Assembly: GCA_964482765.1 (NCBI GenBank)
Contig: CAYZYZ010000001.1
Span: 1-44,135, forward strand
Length of the DNA: 44,135 nucleotides
Origin: an uncultured Candidatus Saccharibacteria bacterium
GTDB taxonomy: Bacteria > Patescibacteriota > CPR2_A > CG2-30-33-46 > CAYZYZ01
Direction: 5' to 3'
Translations under genes and position numbers: made by a program
In this document: positions 1 to 7,177 of the stretch, piece by piece
How the letters are laid out: the number at the start of each line of letters is the position of its first letter
Numbering within the stretch: position 1 is the first letter of the stretch
The notes under the pieces: generated by a model
What the model saw: only the letters and a program-made list of their open reading frames with translations
Databases searched by the model: none
What the model was told of the DNA's origin: nothing

Positions 1-428
1 ACCCTTGTCAGAAGCTGACGGTGACCGGCTTTTTTCCTGTATCTCTTTTTCGGCTTCATTTTGAAAACTATTACCTTTTTGCCTTTCTCTTGGGAGATGA
101 TTTTCCCTTCTACTTTAGCTTGAGGCACAGTCGGAGTGCCAATTTTCACATCTTTATCTTTGGCAATCAATAAAACATCACCAAAAGTTACCTTTTCCCC
201 CTCTTTTCCCTCCAGCTTCTCTACTAAAAGTTCCTGGTCCTCTTCTACTTTATACTGCTTTCCTCCGGTTTTTATCACAACAAAAGTTCGAGTCTTCTTT
301 AGAGGCTCTTTTTTCGCAAGTGGGGTTTTTTTCGCCTTACGGGCGATCCCGACATCCGTCGGGACCACCTTGGCAGCCTTTTTGGCTGCCTTCTTGGCTG
401 TTTTTTTAATATTTTCTTTTTGTGCCAT
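1..428 (-). CDS. rplU: 50S ribosomal protein L21, 3' end off-window, with ~45-aa Lys/Ala-rich N-terminal extension
   Basis: Absent from the ORF track because it runs off the edge. Manual minus-strand translation from ATG (426-428) gives MAQKENIKKTAKKAAKKAAKVVPTDVGIARKAKK...TFVVIKTGGKQYKVEEDQELLVEKL...KKAGHRQ. TGGKQYKV and GHRQ are L21 hallmarks. Start is uncertain: the SD is weak, and a GTG just before IKTGGKQY is an alternative. Confidence 0.85.
   Translation of the reverse strand, partial: MAQKENIKKTAKKAAKKAAKVVPTDVGIARKAKKTPLAKKEPLKKTRTFVVIKTGGKQYKVEEDQELLVEKLEGKEGEKVTFGDVLLIAKDKDVKIGTPTVPQAKVEGKIISQEKGKKVIVFKMKPKKRYRKKAGHRQLLTR
331..390. repeat. GC-rich triple mini-hairpin module inside the rplU N-terminal extension
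   Basis: Three hairpins: tcgcc-ttac-gggcga, tcccgac-atcc-gtcggga (347-364) and ggcagcc-ttttt-ggctgcc. The same architecture occurs at 9659-9708 in the nrdR tail. Confidence 0.6.
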
Positions 429-443
429 TTTCTATTCTCGAAG

Positions 444-509
444 CCTCGCTTAAATTTCTTCCTTAGCGAGGCGGAGACCCCGCACCCCGACCCTGGTCGG
501 GGTGCGGGA
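444..509 (-). other. Two strong hairpins between the SEDS gene stop and the rplU start (terminator and/or rplU leader)
   Basis: Hairpin cctcgct...agcgagg (444-471), plus a 13-bp GC stem cccgcaccccgac/gtcggggtgcggg (about 477-509) that contains ccccga-N6-tcgggg at 485-502. Confidence 0.5.
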
Positions 510-579
510 CTACTTTACTTTATATTTATAATATGAATATATTAGCAAAAATTTTAAAGCCATTCAACCCTTTAATAAA

Positions 580-1677
580 TCATCCCTTAAAGTTTAATTT
601 CTTGTAGCGAAGCTGGACGCTCTGCAACAAACCAAGTGATATTAAAATCGCCATTGCCGAACTGCCACCATAACTTACCAAAGGTAAAGGAACTCCAGTG
701 ACCGGTATTATGCCGATGTTCATTCCAATATTTACCAAAACCTGAAACAAAATCCAAACCGCTACACCAACTCCTAACAAACTACCAAAATTATCAGAAG
801 ATATTCTGGCGGCTCTTATAACCCTAAGCATCAAAATAGTGAACAAAGTTAATAGAATTACACCACCTGCTAGACCAAGCTCCTCGCCCAAAACAGCAAA
901 GATAAAATCGGTGTAGCGCTCGGGCAGGAACTTCAGCTGGCTTTGTGGGCCATGGCCCAATCCTCTTCCGAAAATTTTTCCGGAACCGATGGCAATTGTA
1001 GATTGTAAAACATTATAACCCGCACCCTGCGGATCGCTTGAAGGATTTAAAAAAGTAAGTATCCTGTTTTTCTGGTAATCTTTCAAAAAATGAAAAACTA
1101 TCGGCGCTGAAATTAAAGTTAAAAATCCCAAACCAAACAAATATATTTTTTTTATCTGAGTCGCCAAAACCATACCAGCCCATATCGCCAAAAGGACCAG
1201 CGCAGTACCCAAATCCGGCTGGGCAATAACCAAAACGACCGGAATAATTGTATAAATTAAAGAAACAGCAAACATTCTAAAAGAATCTGATTTTGAAGAT
1301 TTTTTTGAAAAGTATTTTGCCAGAATGATAATCAGGAAAACTTTGGAGATCTCTGATGGCTGGAGCTGGAAAAATCCTAAGTCAATCCAACGGGTTGCTC
1401 CATGAGCTAATCTTCCTAGAATCAAAACATAGAGCAGGAGACCAATCATCAAAATATAGAGAATATGAGTGAGAGATTTGAAGGTTCGGTAATCCAAAAA
1501 GGCAAACAAGAGCATCAAGAAAAACCCTAAAAGACCGTAAATTATTTGGTTTCGCGTCTCAGTAAACCCAGAGGTAGGAGAGGTAGTACTGTAGATTATC
1601 AGAATGCCTATCGTAAATAAAAAAAGGGCTACGATTATTAATATCCAATCCAAATTTTTTAAACGCCGCAAATCCAT
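580..1677 (-). CDS. SEDS family peptidoglycan polymerase (FtsW/RodA/SpoVE)
   Basis: 365 aa and multi-TM. C-terminal LPLVSYGGSS and the overall profile are typical of FtsW/RodA. ATG at 1675-1677, TGA stop. Confidence 0.9.
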   Translation of the reverse strand: MDLRRLKNLDWILIIVALFLFTIGILIIYSTTSPTSGFTETRNQIIYGLLGFFLMLLFAFLDYRTFKSLTHILYILMIGLLLYVLILGRLAHGATRWIDLGFFQLQPSEISKVFLIIILAKYFSKKSSKSDSFRMFAVSLIYTIIPVVLVIAQPDLGTALVLLAIWAGMVLATQIKKIYLFGLGFLTLISAPIVFHFLKDYQKNRILTFLNPSSDPQGAGYNVLQSTIAIGSGKIFGRGLGHGPQSQLKFLPERYTDFIFAVLGEELGLAGGVILLTLFTILMLRVIRAARISSDNFGSLLGVGVAVWILFQVLVNIGMNIGIIPVTGVPLPLVSYGGSSAMAILISLGLLQSVQLRYKKLNFKG

Positions 1678-1680
1678 AAT

Positions 1681-1715
1681 AAGACAGTTAACAGTTAACA
1701 GAAAACAGTTAACAG
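1681..1715 (-). repeat. ACTGTTA heptamer tandem array directly abutting the SEDS gene start
   Basis: Minus strand reads ctgtta actgttt tctgtta actgtta actgtctt att ATG. The same array and orientation relative to the gene occur at 23131-23186. Confidence 0.7.
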
Positions 1716-1725
1716 ATTTTAATTT

Positions 1726-4620
1726 TTACTTTTTAATTTTTTTTAGTCCGAGCCAGATTTCTTCGCCATTGACTTTTAGTTTTGACTCATAATCTATATC
1801 ACGGGATTTTTCTTCGTTAATCTCTCGAGCTAAAGTTTCCCGCTCGATGCTGTAATCCTGCTTCTCCTGAAATTCGCTTATCGTTTCTTTTAAAGCCTTG
1901 CTCTTGGTTTCAAAGTATATTTTTATGCGATCCTCGACATTAAAACCAGCTTTCTTTCTCGCTTCCTGAATCTGGCGAACTAGCTCGCGCGCCAATCCCT
2001 CTTTTTTCAGCTCTGGAGTGATTTTTGTATCAAGCGAAACGGCGAGTTTTTTTCCTTTTTTTAGTAAAACTTTTTTTACATTTATTTCATCCGCAACAAC
2101 ATCCAATAAGTTTTGTCTTGGCTCAAGCGGTGTTTCTATTGTAAGTTTAGATAGCGGTTGACGAACCTTAATACCGTTTTTAGCACGCTCCGACAGTCCC
2201 AGCTCCACCGCACTTTTAATCATTGTCATTTTTTCTTCAAGTTCATTATGAAGCATCTTTTCATCGGCTTTTGGCCAGTCAGAAAGATGAATACTTTTCT
2301 CTCTCTTTGGATCAATCTCTCGGACTAAATTTTGCCAGATTTCATCGGTAATGAATGGCGAAAACGGAGCCAAAAGCTTACAGTAATTAATTAACACCCA
2401 ATATAAAGTTTCGTAGGCTGCTAACTTATCAGTATCGTTTTCGCTTTTCCAAAAACGCTTCCTTGACCTTCTGATATACCAGTTAGAAAGTTCCTCAATA
2501 AAATCACTAGGTTCCCTAATGACTAGGGAAAGCTCATATCTTTCCATCTTATCCGTAATGCTCTTAATCAGATTATTTAATTTTGAAATAATCCATTTAT
2601 CTAGAACGTTATCGGTATTCAATTTATTTTTTGGCTTAAAGTTATCAAGCGAGGCATAAGTTACAAAAAAGCTATAAGAATTCCAGAGGGTTAGAACAAT
2701 TTTTTTGAATACTTCATCAACTCCTTTTTCCGAAAAACACAAATCCTCGGCTTTTACCGCCGGCGAGCCCATCATATAAAATCGCAAGGAATCAGCACCA
2801 TATTTTTCCACTACCTCCATGGGATCCGGGTAATTATTCAAACTCTTAGACATTTTTTGCCCATCTTCGGTCAAAACAATCCCGTTAACTACTACATTTT
2901 TATAGGGTGATTTCCCAAAAAGTGCAGTTCCTAAAATTAAAAGAGAGTAAAACCAACCACGGGTCTGGTCTATCCCCTCGGCAATAAAATCTGCCGGAAA
3001 ATCACGCTGGAACTTTTCCTTATTTTCAAAAGGATAATGAATAGACGCATATGGCATACTGCCAGAATCAAACCAAACATCCAAAACTTCGCCGGTGAGT
3101 TCCATTAAGCTCCCACACTGGCATTTTATTTTTACATCAAGAAGTTTATGAAGATGAATATCACTTATTTTTTTGCCGGCTGATTCTTCAAGCTCTTTAA
3201 CGCTTCCAAAAACTTGGGTTTTATTGCATTTTTTGCAAACCCAAACCGGCAAAGGCACCCCCCAAAAACGGTTTCGGGAAATGTTCCAGTCCGGAGCACT
3301 CTCCAGCATTTTTTGGAATCTGCCTTTTCCGACAAAATCGGGAACCCAGTGGATTTTTTTGTTGTTTTCTATGGCCTGTTTTTTAAGTTTATCGATTCTT
3401 ACAAACCAGCTGTCTATTGCTTTGTAAATTAAGGGGGTTTTACAGCGCCAGCAATGGGGGTATGCATGGGAATAATATTCTGTTTTTAAAACTTTGTCTT
3501 TTAAATCTTTTGTAATCTGCTCATTGGTTTCAAATTCAATAACGCCTTTACCGGAATAATCGAAAACTTCTAATGTAAAATGGCCCAAATCGTCAACAGG
3601 CATAAAAAAATCTATATTGTTTTCTTTAGCAACATTATAATCATCTTCACCGAAGGCCGGGGCAATGTGAACAATGCCAGTTCCGTCTTCTGTTGAAACA
3701 AAGTTGCCGGAGATAACTTCAAAAGCTTTCTTGGGATTTTTATAATATGGGAAAATCGGTTTGTATTTTTTACCAACTAAATCTTTTCCTAAAATCTCTT
3801 CTTCTGTTTTACCGGTTAAATCTTCTTTATAGATCTCCAGCCTGTCTTTAGCTAAAATATACTTATTTTTACCGGATTTTATCTTTACATATTTAATATC
3901 TTTGCCCACGGCCAATGCTAAATTGCCCGGCAATGTCCATGGCGTAGTGGTCCATGCTAAAAAATATGTTCCCGGCTCGTCTTCAAGCTCAAACTTAACG
4001 GTTATGGCTTTATCAGTTTTATCTTGATACTCTAATCCCACTTCGAAATTGGAAAGTCCGGTGGCGCATCGGGGACAATAAGGTAGGACTTTGTGGCTTT
4101 TATAAATTAAATCTTTATCCCAAAGTGATTTAAAAACCCACCAGACAGACTCCATGTATTTGATGTCCATCGTTATGTAGGCGTTTTCTATATCAACCCA
4201 GCGTCCGGTCCGCTCAACAATCTTTCTCCACTCTTTTGTGTAAGTTAAAACGCTCTCTCGGCACTTCTCATTAAATTTATCAATTCCATACTCGCGGATA
4301 TGGAGCTTTGTTTTGAAATTAAGATCCTGCTCTACAATATTTTCAATCGGAAGGCCGTGGGTATCCCAACCCCAAACTCTTTCTACACGATAGCCCTGCA
4401 TAGTTTTATAGCGAGGAACCACATCTTTAATAGTACCAGCGAGCAAATGGCCGTAATGAGGCATGCCCGTAGCATAAGGCGGTCCATCGTAAAAAGAGAA
4501 GGTTTTGCTTTTGGGCCGGTTTTTGACTGATTTCTCGAAAGTCTTATTCTTTCTCCAGAACTTTAAGATTTTTTCTTCAAGTTTGGGAAAATTCTGCTTT
4601 GGATCTACTTTTTTAAACAT
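1726..4620 (-). CDS. ileS: Isoleucyl-tRNA synthetase (long, type 2-like)
   Basis: Class I HIGH-type motif (MPHYGHLL), KMSKS (QKMSKSLNN) and a Zn-finger-like CPRC. I chose ATG at 4618-4620 (MFKKVDPKQNFPKLEE), preceded by aaggaag, rather than the ORF-track start at 4722. Confidence 0.95.
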   Translation of the reverse strand: MFKKVDPKQNFPKLEEKILKFWRKNKTFEKSVKNRPKSKTFSFYDGPPYATGMPHYGHLLAGTIKDVVPRYKTMQGYRVERVWGWDTHGLPIENIVEQDLNFKTKLHIREYGIDKFNEKCRESVLTYTKEWRKIVERTGRWVDIENAYITMDIKYMESVWWVFKSLWDKDLIYKSHKVLPYCPRCATGLSNFEVGLEYQDKTDKAITVKFELEDEPGTYFLAWTTTPWTLPGNLALAVGKDIKYVKIKSGKNKYILAKDRLEIYKEDLTGKTEEEILGKDLVGKKYKPIFPYYKNPKKAFEVISGNFVSTEDGTGIVHIAPAFGEDDYNVAKENNIDFFMPVDDLGHFTLEVFDYSGKGVIEFETNEQITKDLKDKVLKTEYYSHAYPHCWRCKTPLIYKAIDSWFVRIDKLKKQAIENNKKIHWVPDFVGKGRFQKMLESAPDWNISRNRFWGVPLPVWVCKKCNKTQVFGSVKELEESAGKKISDIHLHKLLDVKIKCQCGSLMELTGEVLDVWFDSGSMPYASIHYPFENKEKFQRDFPADFIAEGIDQTRGWFYSLLILGTALFGKSPYKNVVVNGIVLTEDGQKMSKSLNNYPDPMEVVEKYGADSLRFYMMGSPAVKAEDLCFSEKGVDEVFKKIVLTLWNSYSFFVTYASLDNFKPKNKLNTDNVLDKWIISKLNNLIKSITDKMERYELSLVIREPSDFIEELSNWYIRRSRKRFWKSENDTDKLAAYETLYWVLINYCKLLAPFSPFITDEIWQNLVREIDPKREKSIHLSDWPKADEKMLHNELEEKMTMIKSAVELGLSERAKNGIKVRQPLSKLTIETPLEPRQNLLDVVADEINVKKVLLKKGKKLAVSLDTKITPELKKEGLARELVRQIQEARKKAGFNVEDRIKIYFETKSKALKETISEFQEKQDYSIERETLAREINEEKSRDIDYESKLKVNGEEIWLGLKKIKK

Positions 4621-4788
4621 TTTGCTTCCTTTTTGAAACCTGATATCGGTATAAACTACTATACCAGAATTTTTGGCTTTAAAAAATAGTATTTCTGTTC
4701 TTTTGTCTGGCCAAAAGAACAAAGAAGTTTAAAACATTAACAAGTTTTGGTTCTTTTGTTTCCTTAAAGAAAGGAACAGAAAAATTAT

Positions 4789-4818
4789 TAAAAAAACCGA
4801 CTAAGGTTTTAGTCGGTG
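4789..4818 (-). terminator. Rho-independent terminator
   Basis: Minus strand reads caccgactaaaaccttagtcggt followed by ttttttt. Confidence 0.7.
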
Positions 4819-4825
4819 TAAATAT

Positions 4826-5053
4826 TTAGACTGTTTCTAATTCTTGAAGCTCTTTTTTTATATTGGCAATTTCCGTTAAAAGCTTTTTTGTATTTAGATA
4901 GCCCAGATTAAACTCACCTAGCTTATGCTCAAGTTCTGGAAGAATATTTTCCAATTCTTCCTTAAGTTGCTTTTTAATCTGAGCTAAACGGTTATCGCTC
5001 TCCCACTTAGCCTGATGAATCTTTCGCTCGTTTTCTTCATATGAATATCCCGC
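4826..5053 (-). other. 75-codon open frame (coiled-coil-like) with no canonical start codon; possible degraded or unconventionally initiated small gene
   Basis: Manual translation gives AGYSYEENERKIHQAKWESDNRLAQIKKQLKEELENILPELEHKLGEFNLGYLNTKKLLTEIANIKKELQELETV, then TAA. It is bounded upstream by TGA (5054-5056), followed by a good terminator, and has no ATG/GTG/TTG near the 5' end. Confidence 0.25.
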
Positions 5054-5061
5054 TCAAATTT

Positions 5062-5421
5062 CTAAACAGTTATGCTGCGTAAGAACTTATTAAGTTCTTT
5101 TTGAAAATCTTCAGGCAAGAACCCAAATCCTCGCCATTTGTCCCCTGATTCCAAAAATTGCCACTGGTTGTTTAACTGTCCAAAAAATATTCCGGGGGTT
5201 TTCTCCTCTTTATCGTCCCATTTCCAGTACTTGCAGTATATATGACCATCTTCACAAAAATAAATTCTTAAAGATTCCTTTCCTTCGTGAAGCGACCATG
5301 AGTCATTTTTTATTCTGGCCTTACAATTTTCAAAAAAACACTTAGTATCCGTATTTACTTCAAAGGGATTATCTACACATACTAAGCATGAATAGTCTTT
5401 CTGGCATTTAGCGCAACCCAT
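5062..5421 (-). CDS. Hypothetical Cys-rich (probably metal-binding) protein
   Basis: MGCAKCQKDYSCLVC...CFFENC...FCEDGHIYC. ATG at 5419-5421 sits 10 nt after gagagga; the ORF-track GTG at 5430 is too close to the SD. I recognise no family. Confidence 0.55.
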   Translation of the reverse strand: MGCAKCQKDYSCLVCVDNPFEVNTDTKCFFENCKARIKNDSWSLHEGKESLRIYFCEDGHIYCKYWKWDDKEEKTPGIFFGQLNNQWQFLESGDKWRGFGFLPEDFQKELNKFLRSITV

Positions 5422-5504
5422 CTTTACCACGTCCTCTCTATTTTCAAGTTACAAATCAAAACAATCTACTTTATCCAGCTACTTTTGTCAATAATTTTAT
5501 TATC

Positions 5505-5765
5505 TTAGTATGGAATTTTTGCTAAATAGTGAATTAAATACTGAAGACCTTGAAGGAGTATTATTGCCACAATAGGTGAAAAATCTATAAAAGAGGTCTT
5601 GGGGAGAATTTTTCTTATCGGGGCTAATACTGGTTCGGTAAGTTCTGTAAGGAGCTCAAAAAAGCGGCTTTTTGCCCCGAACCACGACAAAATAACTCTT
5701 ATAAATATAAGAACTACTGTTATCTCAACGAAAATGTCAAAAGTGTTTACTAAAAAATTTAGCAT
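5505..5765 (-). CDS. YggT family membrane protein
   Basis: 86 aa with two TM helices. RVILSWF...EPVLAPIRKILP...DFSPIVAIILLQ matches the YggT pattern. Confidence 0.85.
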   Translation of the reverse strand: MLNFLVNTFDIFVEITVVLIFIRVILSWFGAKSRFFELLTELTEPVLAPIRKILPKTSFIDFSPIVAIILLQGLQYLIHYLAKIPY

Positions 5766-5769
5766 AATA

Positions 5770-5955
5770 AATTTAAACTCTAAATTCTAATATCTAAATC
5801 CTAAACCCCGTTAGAAATTTTTAATTTCTAATATGGGGTAAACAAATTCTAAATTCCAATGTTCTAAATTTAAAATGTTTTATTTTTTGTTTTGTAATTT
5901 GGATTTTGGTCATTGGGATTTGTTTAGAAATTAGGAATTAGAAATTAGAAATTGT
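5770..5955. repeat. Long AT-rich imperfect palindrome (family C) with conserved right arm; a family A element is inserted in its left arm
   Basis: Right arm gtcattgggatttgtttagaaattaggaattagaaattagaaatt (5909-5953). Left arm is rich in tctaaattctaat / attccaatg. Confidence 0.6.
5802..5843. repeat. Family A palindromic mini-element (degenerate right end)
   Basis: TAAA|ccccgttagaaatttttaatttctaatatgggg|TAAA. Confidence 0.7.
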
Positions 5956-5973
5956 CTATCCGTCTTTGGCGGA

Positions 5974-6678
5974 TTAAACTCCTCTTATCTCCACCATCTC
6001 AAAAAAAGGCTCGGCTGCTTTTTTAAGCTCCATTAGCTCACCTATTTTGTAGGGCTTTATTTTAGTATATTCTGGATCCAATGTCTTCTCATTTCTGAAC
6101 TGTTGAATAAAGAGTCTCTTAGAGCCTTTGAGCCACTCGCCGATCTTTCTGATACCATCTTTGTCAATCAATCCCGGAACGACAGTAATCCTGAATTCAT
6201 AGTCAATTATGGAATTCCTTATTATTTTAACACTCTCCTTTATAGCATCTTTTCTTACTTTGACATCGACTACCTTTTCATATTTATCCAACGGTGCCTT
6301 TATGTCCATGGCAAAATAATCAACTTTGCCTTCTTGAATCAATTTTTTTAAACTCTTGGGATTGGTGCCATTTGTGTGCACAGCGACTTTTAATCCCAAA
6401 TTTCTTATCATCTCTACGATTTTTTCAAAACTTTTGTGAATGGTCGGCTCACCGCCCAGCATTACCACACCATCCAGCCACTTTTTCTTGGTTTCCAAAT
6501 AACTAAAGATTTTCTCATCATCCACGTCTTTCAAAGTCTGGGGATTCAAAATAAACTCCGGGTTGTAGCAGTAGTGACACCTAAAATTACAACCCGGTAA
6601 AAAAATAACTGCCGAGATCTTGCCCGGCCAGTCGATCAAAGAGGTAGGTTCAAATCCTTTTATGTCTAAAGCCATCAT
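5974..6678 (-). CDS. nrdG: Anaerobic ribonucleoside-triphosphate reductase activating protein (radical SAM)
   Basis: CNFRCHYCYN radical-SAM cluster motif, 234 aa, last gene of the nrdD operon. Confidence 0.9.
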   Translation of the reverse strand: MMALDIKGFEPTSLIDWPGKISAVIFLPGCNFRCHYCYNPEFILNPQTLKDVDDEKIFSYLETKKKWLDGVVMLGGEPTIHKSFEKIVEMIRNLGLKVAVHTNGTNPKSLKKLIQEGKVDYFAMDIKAPLDKYEKVVDVKVRKDAIKESVKIIRNSIIDYEFRITVVPGLIDKDGIRKIGEWLKGSKRLFIQQFRNEKTLDPEYTKIKPYKIGELMELKKAAEPFFEMVEIRGV

Positions 6679-6926
6679 GAGCCCCTTATTATCTCTTCTG
6701 CTTGAGGCACCACCCCTCGATAGGCTTTTTCTTCTTTACCTTCGTCATTAACTATTATTATTGTGGGAGTTGCCATTACATTAAACATTGAGGCTTCCGC
6801 CAAGCCGTCCGGAGTATCCATATCATATAACTCCACTTTTATGTCTTTGTTCTTTAGATCCTCGGCTAATTCTTTTGCTGGCGGGCACTTAGGACAAGTT
6901 TTCTTAATGAAGATTTTTACCTGCAT
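6675..6926 (-). CDS. Glutaredoxin-like / thioredoxin-fold small redoxin
   Basis: 83 aa, CPKC active-site motif at the N-terminus, TPTIII...G pattern. Overlaps the nrdG start by 4 nt. Confidence 0.8.
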   Translation of the reverse strand: MQVKIFIKKTCPKCPPAKELAEDLKNKDIKVELYDMDTPDGLAEASMFNVMATPTIIIVNDEGKEEKAYRGVVPQAEEIIRGS

Positions 6927-6932
6927 TAACTT

Positions 6933-7172
6933 TTAACTTAACTTGTAGTCTCCTCTTTGACGAGCTTCGAATTCAGCTTGTTTGGAAAGATTCCAATTGT
7001 TTATGGGCGAATAATAACCAACCACTCTCGAGATTCCATAAACATTGGTAGAGCCGCAAAAAGGACAGGCTCCGCCCAGAGGCTCTGCCCGGCGGGCTGC
7101 TAGACCTTCGCTTGAATGGCTTAGTTCGTGCACTTCTTCTCTTGTTAAAGTTTTTAGTTCTGGTGTTTGCAT
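6933..7172 (-). CDS. Stand-alone class III RNR C-terminal glycyl-radical domain
   Basis: CPFCGS...SRVVGYYSPINNWNLSKQAEFEARQR matches the NrdD C-terminal CxxC plus RxxGY...WNxxKxxE...R glycyl-radical signature. It starts 5 nt after the stop of the large nrdD ORF. Confidence 0.8.
   Translation of the reverse strand: MQTPELKTLTREEVHELSHSSEGLAARRAEPLGGACPFCGSTNVYGISRVVGYYSPINNWNLSKQAEFEARQRGDYKLS
7085..7125. repeat. GC-rich hairpin module inside the N-terminal part of the glycyl-radical ORF
   Basis: Coding strand reads gcagcccgccgggcagagcctctgggcggagcc (encodes AARRAEPLGGA). It shares gcctctgg(g)cgg with the recJ insertion at 27771-27835. Confidence 0.45.
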
Positions 7173-7177
7173 ATTTT

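Noticed and set aside
136-453. The plus-strand 105-aa ORF, and many similar ORF-track entries antisense to conserved genes. Examples are 3173-3427, 9876-10283, 14297-14656, 15029-15388, 29239-29583, 31033-31329, 35667-36038, 37103-37489, 37910-38320, 38892-39347, 40712-41236 and 42521-42793.
   Set aside because: They are shadow ORFs opposite strongly recognisable genes. They have low-complexity Ser/Leu/Phe-rich translations, no SD sites and no recognisable motifs.
4621-4790. A T-box or other riboswitch leader upstream of ileS, which has hairpins such as gttcttttg-gccaga-caaaagaac. The same idea was considered upstream of hisS.
   Set aside because: I could find no T-box consensus (AATTAGGGTGGTACCGCG-like) and no specifier-loop architecture. 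Only generic hairpins are present. The ORF-track N-terminal extension of ileS (4621-4722) is probably untranslated leader.
5038-5040. Programmed -1 frameshift linking the 18-codon ATG ORF to the 75-codon coiled-coil frame.
   Set aside because: There is no X XXY YYZ slippery heptamer and no downstream stimulatory structure at the overlap. A degraded gene or a sequencing indel is the simpler explanation.
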